Source of the DNA: Phoronis australis
Lineage: Eukaryota; Animalia; Phoronida
Length of the DNA stretch: 64,000 bases
Direction: 5' to 3'
NCBI GenBank assembly: GCA_002633005.1
Contig: NMRA01000469.1
Coordinates: forward strand, 1-64,000
Each line of letters starts with the position of its first letter. Positions within the stretch are counted from its first letter, which is position 1. The position numbers were made by a program, and so were the translations under genes. This document shows, one piece after another, positions 63,401-64,000 of the stretch. A model generated the notes under the pieces. It searched no databases and was not told the origin of the DNA. It saw only the letters and a program-made list of their open reading frames with translations.

Positions 63401-64000
63401 ATCATTCATTTTAAAGGTGCATTTCGCCCCGTTTAGCTGGCTACAACACCATAACCGAACTGCTTTTACCCTCAGCAAACCAGTCGTACCATAGTAGGAT
63501 TCCATTCCCGTAACCAACTCAAGTCACAGGCTATGCGTACATGCGCCATTTGCGAATTCGCAATAGGGTTGGCTAATCGCAATAAAATCTGAATTGTTTT
63601 CTTGTACCTCTGGTAGTTTCCATGTTCTTGTTGATAAAGGAAGTAAAATCCTTGGTAAGAAATTAAGCGATTTTATGAAAGGTCCAATACGCTTTTCGTT
63701 TTAACCAGCTAAACAGCAAAACACAACTTTAACTGAATGCCTCTTGCTGATATTTCAACTTTTTCACTCGTCTCCAACAGAGTTGACTGTGGTTGGTGAG
63801 TAAAGCAAGGTGGCCTGCATAATCCAGATCACCTTATGTTGTTATGAATCTCTACTGCCAGACCAAAATGCAAAACTGGATCTACTCTGCGTTTTTTTTT
63901 AACATTGCAGCACTGTATTTTTTAGTTTTTTAGCAGAAATGGGACAGAACTCCTTTTTACCAGTGTCAGGTGACATCAAATGAAATGGTGGAAAGATTCA

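Overview
AT-rich, intron-rich animal genomic DNA. The repeat families suggest a lophotrochozoan or mollusc-like invertebrate (inference). There is a 754-N gap and several single-N joins. Two head-to-head spliced genes were reconstructed by hand. (1) Minus strand, 19045->28 and continuing past the window start: 16 phase-compatible exons giving 722 codons. It is a MUS81-family ERCC4 endonuclease with an unusual order: ubiquitin-like domain, uncharacterised segment, basic NLS-like linker, B-box zinc finger, MUS81-type winged helix, intact GD...ERKxxxD nuclease core, then a segment resembling the inactive ERCC4 domain of EME1. This may be a single-chain MUS81-EME1-like fusion. (2) Plus strand PDHA1 (pyruvate dehydrogenase E1 alpha): 9 exons, 384 aa, stop at 33713. 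The shared 400-bp promoter, nuclease exon 1 and PDHA1 exons 1-3 occur twice (18.9-21.9 kb and 22.0-26.3 kb) across a single-N join, probably as two haplotypes. Several exon boundaries in both genes have seeded tandem copies of their own splice sites. The remainder (34-64 kb) has no intact gene: it holds MITEs (Harbinger-, Mutator-, Tc1- and hAT5-like), Helentron/HINE-type repeats, satellites, a THAP relic and two paralogous decayed exons. A Penelope GIY-YIG relic lies in a nuclease intron at about 4.1-4.4 kb.
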